Shown here in pieces: positions 53,120 to 64,000 of a stretch of 64,000 bases of DNA. The DNA lies in NCBI GenBank assembly GCA_951406725.2, contig OX597825.1, positions 19,654,001-19,718,000 of the forward strand, written 5' to 3'. Below the pieces are notes generated by a model. That model was given only the letters and a program-made list of their open reading frames with translations, made no database searches and was not told the DNA's origin. Position 1 is the stretch's first letter, and each line of letters starts with the position of its first letter. This DNA comes from Octopus vulgaris. Its lineage: Eukaryota. The translations under genes were made by a program, and so were the position numbers.

Positions 53120-53856
<737 letters not shown>

Positions 53857-54521
53857 GCATGTTTCTTCCATTTTTCGAACCGATAAAGATAATAATGACG
53901 CGCTGCAGAAATATTACTTACGCATTGAATTTTGTCATTTATAGTCAATGCATTCTAATTTAATTCTACGAAAGAAGTTTGAAAGAGATTTAAACAAGAC
54001 ATTTATTGGAAGTTTCCTATCCATTTTTTCTATTTTTGATTTTCAGTTTTCTCATCATAAGTGGAAAGATCTAAATTTATCACACCTCAGTATATTAATT
54101 CTTTCTTTTCATTTCCATTTCTCTTCGTTGTTATACTGTATATGGGACCTTTTTTTTTTCATCAGTTCCAGTAGCGCATAATAGGAATTCTCTACAAACC
54201 AGCTTTCTATACTCTCTCTCTACATCGTGTTCAATATCTAGAGAAAGGGAAGCTAAATGATAACGTATGCCCACTCGCTTGACGAAATGTTAGAAGAAGC
54301 GAGCGAGAGAGGGATTGAGAGAGTAAGATAGACGGTTTGGTACACTTAATTTGTCAAGTATTTTACTTATCGTTATTATAAGGAAAAGTAGCACAGCTTA
54401 AATCAGCGTTCTTTGAATGCAGAGCACGCAAAATAGCCCTCCAGCTATTCTATTTGACGCTATAAATGACGGCAATTGATGCATTCATTCCAGCGGCCAT
54501 AATCATAATATTCATAAAAAA

Positions 54522-54641
54522 TAATAATCCTTTCTACTGTAGGCACCATACCTACATTTCTGTGGGAGAGGGGTAAAATCGATCACATCAACCTGTACTT
54601 AATTTACCGATCCCGAAAGGAAAAAAGGCAAAGTCGACCTT
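54522..54641 (-). mobile_element. 5'-truncated SINE family B fragment
   Basis: Minus: AGGTCGACTTTGCCTTTT..CCTTTCGGGATCGGTAAATTAAGTAC ... GCCTACAGTAGAAAGGATTATT. Confidence 0.8.
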
Positions 54642-55203
54642 GTCCGTAAATATCTTCTTTTTCTTTAATTTTCAGAGATATTTATATCTGCGGGGCAACT
54701 AACCTCTATGATGTCTCATGTTTTTGCCCCTTGTCCCAAATAACAATATCCAGCCTGTTATGCTTACATTTGGCAGAAGTTTTGATAGGAACATTACACC
54801 AGTATTCCTTGTGCTGGTATTTATGAATGTATTCCATAACTGAGGGATTTTCTAAGTTTATTTGGGACATTCTTTTTTGCGGATGTTATTGTAAATTGTT
54901 TGAGCAACAACATCGTCCTGCATAGGGAGGTAGTACCGTGATGACGTTTTAGGACAGCTGCTAATCACATGCGTAATGTCTTCCACAGAAACCTGACATA
55001 GCCTACACATGTTGTTACACCTTGAGATTGCATGAACGTCACTATCTCTCTTGTCCACCAGGTACTTTGTGGCAATCTTCTGTTCCTGGATTGCAAACGC
55101 ATAGCCTTCAGAGTGTCATGTGATGTAGTGTTATTCTATCCAAGAGAGGCTGCGCTTCGTGTCAATTCTACTGTCTTCTTCAAGCTTCCGGGCAACATAT
55201 CCA
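54642..55203 (-). pseudogene. R4-like (restriction-like endonuclease) non-LTR retrotransposon C-terminal fragment
   Basis: EGYAFAIQEQKIATK, CCHC knuckle CRLCQVSVEDITHVISSC, RHD-equivalent MQDDVV, HNRLDIVIWDK (PD motif), IIEVSCPADIN, KEKEDIYG. Confidence 0.85.
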
Positions 55204-57548
55204 GGCATGGTAACTTCTCGACTGGTGGCTTTCTTTCACAAGTGGAACAATTGTAAAGTCACCAAAATGCGTCACTGGCAGATTTACAGCGCACATTTGC
55301 ACAAGTCTCAATCTCATCTTGTACATGGATACCATTTCCATCATTGCCTTTGATTATGAATGTGACAATATCTGAAATTTTAGTGATGTATTTGTACAGA
55401 TACTTCACTGGATGAACACTATAAACAACCCCACAGTTGATGTGGCACTAATATCTTAGAGAAACAAAGGGTTGTAAGAAACCATCAAACGATTGTCAAC
55501 TCTAAATTTGTGATCTCTAATATTTATCTTATGGAAGTAACCACCATTCTTCAAGCTTCTCCTTCTATAAAAAGGAAAGGGATTTTCAGCCACAAATGTT
55601 GTCTGTTGAAATAATTTGGGATAACCTTTTGAGCAATGGCGATTTGCTCCCATAACTTCCATGCATGAAGAAATCATATTAGCCTTATCACGTGGACCAT
55701 GAATATTGCAGGATGTCGTGATTATGCAGTTTTGGGTTGCTCTCTTTATCAGGGATCTCACAACACACTACCATAGCATCTATGCATCTACCATCTTTGG
55801 TTTGCAGTCATCAACCATTATCAGCAGAATGTGAGCGTGAGTGAGGCCTCGTTCTGCTATTCAATGGTAGCAGCGGGAGCAACGACTTTACCGAGTACAT
55901 TATACTTGAATAGGTCATCACGAGACTGTCATATTTTATCTTGAAAATACTTGCACAAATATCTGGACTGTCTTTAAATACCCAAGCATGATTCGGGCTA
56001 TTTATTTTTTCATCTGAGCATTCGTTGTAATTCTGTCGAACTACATGTGCCGAACCACAGTCATTGAATTCTGGAAGCACTCATTGTAAAAGCGAGAACC
56101 ATAGGCTGCAGAAGGAAGAACAACTCGTCTACTTGAATTAATTGCATCATTTTCTTTACTTACTGCATCATACAGACGACCCTGATATTTTTCTGCTTGT
56201 ATAATGGATTGATTATTTTTGGCCCTAGTCAAACGACAGTTCTCCATTTTAGCCTGAGCATCTACAGTAAATTGTTGCATTAGTCACCAGCTTTTCATCA
56301 CAGTGTTGAAGTCAACTTCCCTCACCTGAAAACGATAACATTGGAAGACAATGACAGAATGTTTGCGATTGTCTCCCCCTTTCACACTTCTCTAATCCAC
56401 CCTCTTTTCGGAGACATAGCAGTACATTATGCAGAGGATCATATGATCAATGCAACAGTTGGATTCTTTGTAGACTGCCATCTCTTTTGTGAACAATAAC
56501 ATCCAAGTGGCCAGTACCTTCCCTCGGCAAAATAGCAGCAATTTCTGAATCCAATGGAAAATTGAAAGTTCGACAATGTGAATTAGAGGCGTTGTTATTC
56601 TTATCAACGTGTAGAACAGCTTTAAAGCTTCAGTTTGTATAGCTGCTCTAAAACTATGCATCCTTCATTGCTTTCAAAATCACACTGTTTAATTTTCTAT
56701 GCCACAAACGATTCTCGAGTTTGTTATACGTATGATAGAAGTAGATTTCAGCAAATTTTGGATTGTTGTCCATTGGGAATAAGCGATCATGTGATAAACG
56801 TTTCCCTGCACCTTAAATCTTGGGCTAAATCCTGGAGCTTTGGTTTTCCTGCAAACTAGTAGACCAAATGATAGTGCCTTATGAAATGGACTTATATTTT
56901 GCAGGAAACTATTTCTTGTTTGTGAAACATTGATATTGTGTGGAGGGGGAAGCAATTTGTCAAGCTTTACATTCACCTCAAAACAACACAAAGATTTCAA
57001 TTCAGCAATACATCTTTGAGATTTGCAGTATGAACGAACATTGTCAAAGGGACTCCCTGAATTTTGTTGTTGTACACTAGACAAAACATCCTGTTCTTGA
57101 ATTTTATCGAAACTGGCTTTCATTGCTAATCCTTTAACAATATTGTTCCTACTTTGAAAATCGTGTTGTCTGTAATTCTGCTGTAAATATTGGGTTTCCT
57201 CTCTCATCACTGTGTTTGCTGGCACTGGTTTTTCTGTTTGTATCTCACTGATGTTTGACAGGCTTCCCATTTGATACCGATCATCAATAGACAATTGAGC
57301 AGCCACAGGCAGTGAAATCTGACTCAATGTCTTATTTTAAAGTAGAAAGTCTCCTCTGCAGGTACCCTAACCAGGCAGTCATATATAGCAGAAATAAAAT
57401 CGTGTCTACGTTTCTGTGAATATACAGTCATCTGTTTCAGTTGCTTTGCTATGGTTTCATCTGATTCAGTTGCCCGTTTTTCTCTTTGCCGTTGTATCTT
57501 TCCTGTTAAATGTTCTTTTTCAATCGCATATTTTCTTGGACGTCCCAT
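55204..57548 (-). pseudogene. Helitron RepHel pseudogene (N-terminus and Rep domain; helicase absent)
   Basis: Ordered motifs FLQNI..FHKALSF, FKVQGNVYH, QQFTVDA.AKME..RL...NQ..I.AEKYQG, VVLPS..YGSR, DSPDIC..IFKIK, NSRTRPH (HUH region), HGP..N..SSCM, CSKGYPK, YRRR, VDN...VSYNP, VKYLYKYIT, DEI, with many frameshifts and stops. Confidence 0.92.
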
Positions 57549-58254
57549 GTTGAATTGGGAGCGATCACATGGTTATTATTATAAGGCTTATAGCGTTCCA
57601 AGCAGCCATACCAATAAAATCGGTATTTCATTAAAAAAGAACATTTTACCGGTATATTAAAAAATTTCCATTTCATAAAAAATAATCTTTTAACAAATTT
57701 CGGAAACTGATAATATTATTGAAATGGTATCTCGTATCAAAGTTATACAGCTATTTTGTCTAATGGCATGCATTCCTTCAACACACAAGCACTTAAAAGT
57801 TATACTGGTATATTAAAAATTTCTATTTTCCTCAAAAATATTCATTTAACAAACTCCAGAAACTGATAACTTTCTTGAAATGTTGCCACGTATCAAAGTT
57901 ATTCGGCTATTATTAAATTATCATTAATGTAAATAGTGGCGATAGAGAGTGAGAGACCATCGCAAAAGAAAACGGAAAATGTCGCCAGCAGCGAATTAAT
58001 ATTCTTTATTATTGAATGCAGTGAATATTTAAATTTGTGAAGAACTGAACTCAGTGAATGCATTGAATATTTTAATTTGCGAAAAATTGGAGTTCAAAAA
58101 TTCAATAAACTTCAGAAATCGAAATTATTTGTTGGAACATGAATTTATAGAAATATTCCCAGACGATCAAGCCTTTAATAGTTGCTTTCCTTTAGTACCA
58201 TTATAAACTGCTTCATACCTAATTAACAAGCAGCTCTCTCCATTATACTATAGA
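57549..58254 (-). mobile_element. Helitron 5' non-coding end with internal direct repeats
   Basis: A|TCTATAGTATAAT terminus at 58254. ~110-bp direct repeats at ~57645-57755 and ~57800-57910, ~42-bp tandem pair at ~58010-58097. Confidence 0.75.
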
Positions 58255-58399
58255 TATATCTATGTATCATTTAATTTTTATATAACTTTTGTTTCAAACA
58301 ACTCACTATTATACTGTTTTCATTTTTCAGCTTTTACCAGTGTTTCGTAATTATTTTTCTCCGACTTCTTTTCTCGCCCAGTCATGGAATAAGCATATA

Positions 58400-59060
58400 C
58401 ACCTATTCCCATGATATAATGACCTGATGCAGCACAGTAACACCCATTACAATTTCTTATCTTTTGGCCACATTTCGCTTACTTTCTCTTTTTTATTTTA
58501 CCATTTCCCTATTTCTAGTTAACAACGCCTCACATTCATAATCCTGTGCATGTATTTCTATCACACCATCCACATTCTTAACTTCTTGCCTTTCAAATTA
58601 CCTCACCATTGTGCTCGCTCCTTCTTCCTCACATCCACAATTTCCCCACGTGCACTTAACACTTATGTATACCTACTAAGTTCTACTTCTCAGAAACCCA
58701 CTAATGTACTATACCGCCACACTTGCTCATACGCATACGAGTATTCCTAAATACAGGTTTCTCTAAATACACAAACCTCACTCCAATTATATGCATATAT
58801 CCGAACACGGATACACCCATATGCGTATACATACCCAACCAAGCCTTCCTCTGTTCACTCCATCATAGAACCACTTGCTCTGTATTCTTCGACTGACAAC
58901 TCCTCTTTCTCAAACCTCGTATACTTTTCTCTTTCTTCCGATGAATGACTTACGTCCGAACTCTTAGGGGTCTTTCTCATTCTTTAAGACATTAAACTAA
59001 TACAATATATATTAAATTGTTATCTGATATCTCATTTTTATTTGTCCTTTGTATTACTGT
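58400..59060 (+). mobile_element. Possible decayed PLE-type 3' region with vestigial hammerhead
   Basis: C/A- and pyrimidine-rich tract ending in CCGATGA-AT-GAC-TTAC-GTC-CGAA at 58938-58960. Confidence 0.35.
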
Positions 59061-59816
59061 CCATTGCATATACAATACATAAACACACAAATGCATAAGG
59101 TTTAAGAAATGTTGGGTGAATAAAAGGAGATAAATGCACAGCTGCTAATAAATATTAATGGCTGAGTTGTTAGGCAGACGTGAGTATAGGTAAATAAACA
59201 TATATTCACACAAAAGGATTTATAAATATTTTTTGTGTTATATAAAATAACCACCTAATAGTATTTATAGAAACAAAACAAGTAAAAAATATTTTTCGTG
59301 TGATTTTGTTAGTGAAACTGCACGTGCATTGAGATATACACATGAATATACTTCTTTGATAATAGTTGCAGTTATATGTGAGATTACGTATTTGTGCTGT
59401 TCAAATATCATCTGAAATGCATTTTGAATATGGTTAGAATTGACACAAAAAAACGAGGAAAAACCGTATTGGATAACCATACCAACAAGCATCACTACAT
59501 CATCACCGTATCAGACATTTTTGACGACGAATACATAAGGACCGAATGAAGATGTAAAAAACGCAGGGCATAACAACACTTTCCACCATTTCTTTCTTGC
59601 GGTCTGTATCACGTCTTTTTTACGCACGGTTTTGCCTTCTCAGTTATGAATGCCTTCAACATGGAGTAACCAAAAAAATAAAGAGAATAATGAAATTGTC
59701 AGGAAAAAGAATGAACCGTCGATGGTACACGCACATTTCACGCTATTCGTACTTATACATGTGTGTGTGTAGCGAGTATTACCATGTTGGAATTTTTTTC
59801 TGAAAACAAACACACT

Positions 59817-59881
<65 letters not shown>

Positions 59882-59911
59882 ATGTATATATATATATATG
59901 ACTATATATGG

Positions 59912-59954
<43 letters not shown>

Positions 59955-59985
59955 TGGTATGTAGGTATGTATGTATGTATGTATG

Positions 59986-60031
<46 letters not shown>

Positions 60032-60032
<1 letters not shown>

Positions 60033-60434
60033 TAGCAGTATAGCCCAATGTTGCTCGGGCTTGTTTTCTTTTCGACCCTTTAGGATTGGAATTTTTGAAA
60101 AGTAAAAGTTTTGCATTATGTAGCTTGTTATTCTCTTTAAGCGAAAATTTTTCTGGTTGAAATACACCGAAAAATGGCGACACGGCAGTAAAAGAATTGT
60201 AAAAAATAGGGATTTTCATAGAAAAAAGCACCTTTTGGATATAAATAATTTTTGGTGTTAAAATGGTCCGATTTGAATTCTTTCTTCTACGGTAGGAAGA
60301 GCAAGCTTTCTTCTACTATACTGTCAATTTTGGTCAACTTGTGCCGCAGGGTCTCGGAGGAGATAGAGTTAGTTGAAGGCTACCAAACCTGCCATACACA
60401 GACAACTAAAGTTTTTTATATATATATATATAGA
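60032..60434 (-). mobile_element. Non-autonomous Helitron, copy 2
   Basis: Colinear reverse complement of 36784-37162; A|TC and CTAG|T ends, hairpin CCCGAGCAACATTGGG. Confidence 0.85.
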
Positions 60435-61164
60435 TAGATAAATAGATAGATAGATAGATAGATACACATATGGTATACGGGTCCGTAAGATCAACAATGT
60501 ACTCCAGACATAGATAAGTATTATATAATAAAGGCAGTATGTTTTTCTGTGCTACTGGTTTCATGTGTTGGGAACACGCCAGGAAGTATTTTTTGAGGCG
60601 TCAGGTGTCCTAGCACAATCATCAGGCACTGTCCACGCGTCATAAGAAACTAAAAGTGGGGCGATAGCATGAGTGAAAAAGCCAGAAAAATGAGAAATAC
60701 GTAGATATAAAAGGTCGAAGGTCGAAAATCGGAAAACGAAACCGGAAATCGTTAGAAGCAAGATGGATAAGCCTTGGCTGGAACACCTTTCGGCCTAATC
60801 GACGGAGTACCAAAATATATATGAACCACACACAAGCACACACAAACACACATACACACAGACACATGCGCACAGATATACTTCATTGCATTACGTTTTC
60901 ATATTTTTAATTGGATTATCCACGTAATTATAAATTACTCATAAATAGTTCATATAATAAATGTCTCATATATTGTATAATGGTTACTTACTTTATCGGT
61001 GAGATACACAAACGTCTAACTATTGACAGAGAACAGTCTCAGTACTCCAATAAATATTTACCCGCCACGTCTGTATCGAATATATTTTTGTTCATTTATG
61101 AAGTTCAATATACAGATATACATACATACACACCCATCCACCACCACTCACACATACCCATTTA

Positions 61165-61355
61165 GAGATATATATATATGCATGAAATTATGCATATATA
61201 TATATTTATATATACATACACATATATACACATATATGCAAATATACGTATATATGTGAATACATAAATATACAGATAGATATGCATATATATATATGTA
61301 GATATATATTTACATATATCTATATGTATATGAATATATATACATATGTATATGC

Positions 61356-61392
<37 letters not shown>

Positions 61393-61455
61393 AACACACA
61401 TTTACATTTATAAAAATATACATATATATATATATATATACGTATATATACATAC

Positions 61456-61497
<42 letters not shown>

Positions 61498-61503
61498 GTA
61501 TAT

Positions 61504-61545
<42 letters not shown>

Positions 61546-61551
61546 GTATAT

Positions 61552-61629
<78 letters not shown>

Positions 61630-61643
61630 GTATATATACATAC

Positions 61644-61694
<51 letters not shown>

Positions 61695-61800
61695 TGTACG
61701 TATATATACATACATATGTATATATATATATATGTATATATATATATGTACATATATATGTGTGTGTGCATGTATATGTATATACATGTACATTCATGTG
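61165..61800. repeat. (TA)n field with recurring TACGTATATATACATACATA higher-order unit
   Basis: The unit recurs at ~61439, 61495, 61543, 61627 and 61697. Confidence 0.9.
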
Positions 61801-62190
61801 CAAATACGTTCACACGCACAGACACAGGCATACACACTCGTAACGAGGAGGGATAAAATTCAGTTATGCATATAATGAGAGATTCTTATCTCCGTCGGCT
61901 CCTTTAACTAAAGTTCTGCGAGGCATTATAAATGCATATGTTTCACCATAATGATGAGAAGCAAAGGAAATCTTGGTAAGCAGCCAATTCAGGATTTACA
62001 TCCAGGCTTTGTGTTCAGCGAAAGATGTCTAAATTTTGCTGACAGGAAGCCAATAATCATATATGTGTAGCGCTCTCTATCGAACCATCAATTGATCAAT
62101 CGATCGATCAATATATCGATAAATAATCATATATTTATAAAAATACTGATAGGATGATAGATAGGTTGTCACATGTGTATGGGGAGAGAC

Positions 62191-62226
<36 letters not shown>

Positions 62227-62417
62227 GTGTGTGTGTACGTGTGTGTTTGTATGTATGTATACATGTATATTTCTGTATAAAGATATGATATATATGTGTG
62301 TGTACACATATTCGCTTATGCATAGGCGCATATGCATATATGTGTGTATGTGTGAGTATATGATATCTGTGTATGTGTGAGTGTCTGTTAGAGCTAGAGT
62401 GTAAGAGAATCATAGGC

Positions 62418-62454
<37 letters not shown>

Positions 62455-62712
62455 TAGACAGACAGAGACACATATATATATATATATATAGATAGATATA
62501 TAGATAGACAGACAGACTGACATATAGATAGATAGAGAGATAGATAGACAGACAGACTGACATAGATAGAGAGGAATGTACACAGACGGAGAGGCTAAAA
62601 GTTATCTTCACAAAGTGGCAAAGAGGTATCTAGTCTATAGCAGATACTAATATACATATAAATTTATACATGTTCATATATAAATGTACAAGCCACACAC
62701 ACTCATACACCC

Positions 62713-62762
<50 letters not shown>

Positions 62763-63299
62763 AATACACGCAGGCATATGTATATGTAGGTACATATCGA
62801 AAAGATAAAGAAAGACAGGATGGATTGAATGGACTAAAGATGTGAATTTAGAGATATCCATTGATATCACTTCAATAAGAATATTCCCAAAGCTGAAGGA
62901 AATTGAAGAAAAATAAATCGAGGAGGTTGAGAGCAAAGAGGTGGAAAAGAGTAAGAGATAAAAATAAATAGAAAAACATGTATTGGAAACAGCTTTTTAG
63001 TGAAGGAAAGAAATTAGGTATCAGGTATATCTACGAGGTCTGTTATTTCTGCTTGATATCAAAATATAATGATTATCACACTTATGCACTCAAATACGCA
63101 GCCACACGCCTACTCATTTAATATCTTAGGCGAAAGGAAAAGTAAATATGACGCTGTGTATAAAACATGTGTGTGTATGTATACTTACTCAGAGGTATAT
63201 GTAGTTGTATGTCTGTATATATGTATATATTTGTACGTAAGTACACACGTACACTATTTTATACACATATTTGTCTGTCTATCAATCTGTGAATATAAA

Positions 63300-63575
63300 T
63301 ATATACACACACACTCACATATATATATGTGAATATAAATATATACACACACACTCATATATATATACATACATACATACATAAACATAGATCGATAGAT
63401 AGATAGATGCATGCATGCATGCATGCATACATACATACATACATACATACATACATAAACATAGATCGATCGATAGATAGATGCATGCATGCATGCATGC
63501 ATGCATACATACATACATACATACATACATACATACATACATACATACATACATACATACATACATACATACATA
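63300..63575. repeat. (CATA)n/(CATG)n/(GATA)n compound microsatellite with internal duplication
   Basis: Direct inspection. Confidence 0.9.
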
Positions 63576-64000
63576 ATGTATTCAGGAAGAGGTATTGCTA
63601 AGTTCCTGGCTTTGGGTGAAAGAAAATACAGATAGATCAATTATTGGTGCTGTCCTTCAGTTTCTCTCAGCCCTGTAAAAGAATTCGGAGATTTAGGGTT
63701 CAACTTTGCCTTTCGCGATACCCATTTCAGCACCCCCATCGTATATATATGTACGTATTTATGTGTGTGTGAGGGTGGGTGTGGTGTGCATAAGCTGTGT
63801 GTGTATGTGTGTCTGTTCAAAAATCTTTTGTTGTATACAATGCAAGTGAATGTACACTGATCGCAGTGCGCATGTGCGGCTATATAAACCGTCAATATCT
63901 TAACGTACACAATTCTCAATCTAAATGCTTTTGAGCATCGTGCTCAAAAACCCTATTTATAAGTGTGTACGCACGCAGGCACGCTCGTGTGTGTGTTCAT

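Noticed and set aside
54455-54490. TATA box flanked by TGACG with an Inr-like TCATTC
   Set aside because: Spacing is short (~26 nt), no downstream gene is evident, and such motifs are common in AT-rich DNA.

Overview
AT-rich animal genomic DNA packed with microsatellites and transposon debris. The SINE and repeat families point to an octopus or other coleoid cephalopod; that is an inference from recalled repeat motifs, not a database hit. I found no host protein-coding gene, and almost all ORFs in the track are translated (TA)n/(CA)n/(GATA)n/(GAA)n/(AAT)n repeats. Recognisable content: (i) many tRNA-headed SINEs of at least four families, including head-less tandem concatemers inside a single target-site duplication; (ii) Penelope-like remnants with an inverted pseudo-LTR and several minimal hammerhead-ribozyme motifs, one of them in a tRNA-headed SINE-like element; (iii) a young 5'-truncated L1/Tx1-type LINE sitting inside a (GATA)n microsatellite; (iv) RTE, R4-like and other decayed LINE fragments; (v) a Helitron Rep pseudogene with its 5' end, a Helitron 3' end and two non-autonomous Helitrons; (vi) a mariner fragment, MITEs and palindromes; (vii) an AT-rich tandem duplication with a RIP-like dinucleotide skew. 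All coordinates and counts were read by eye and may be off by a few bases.
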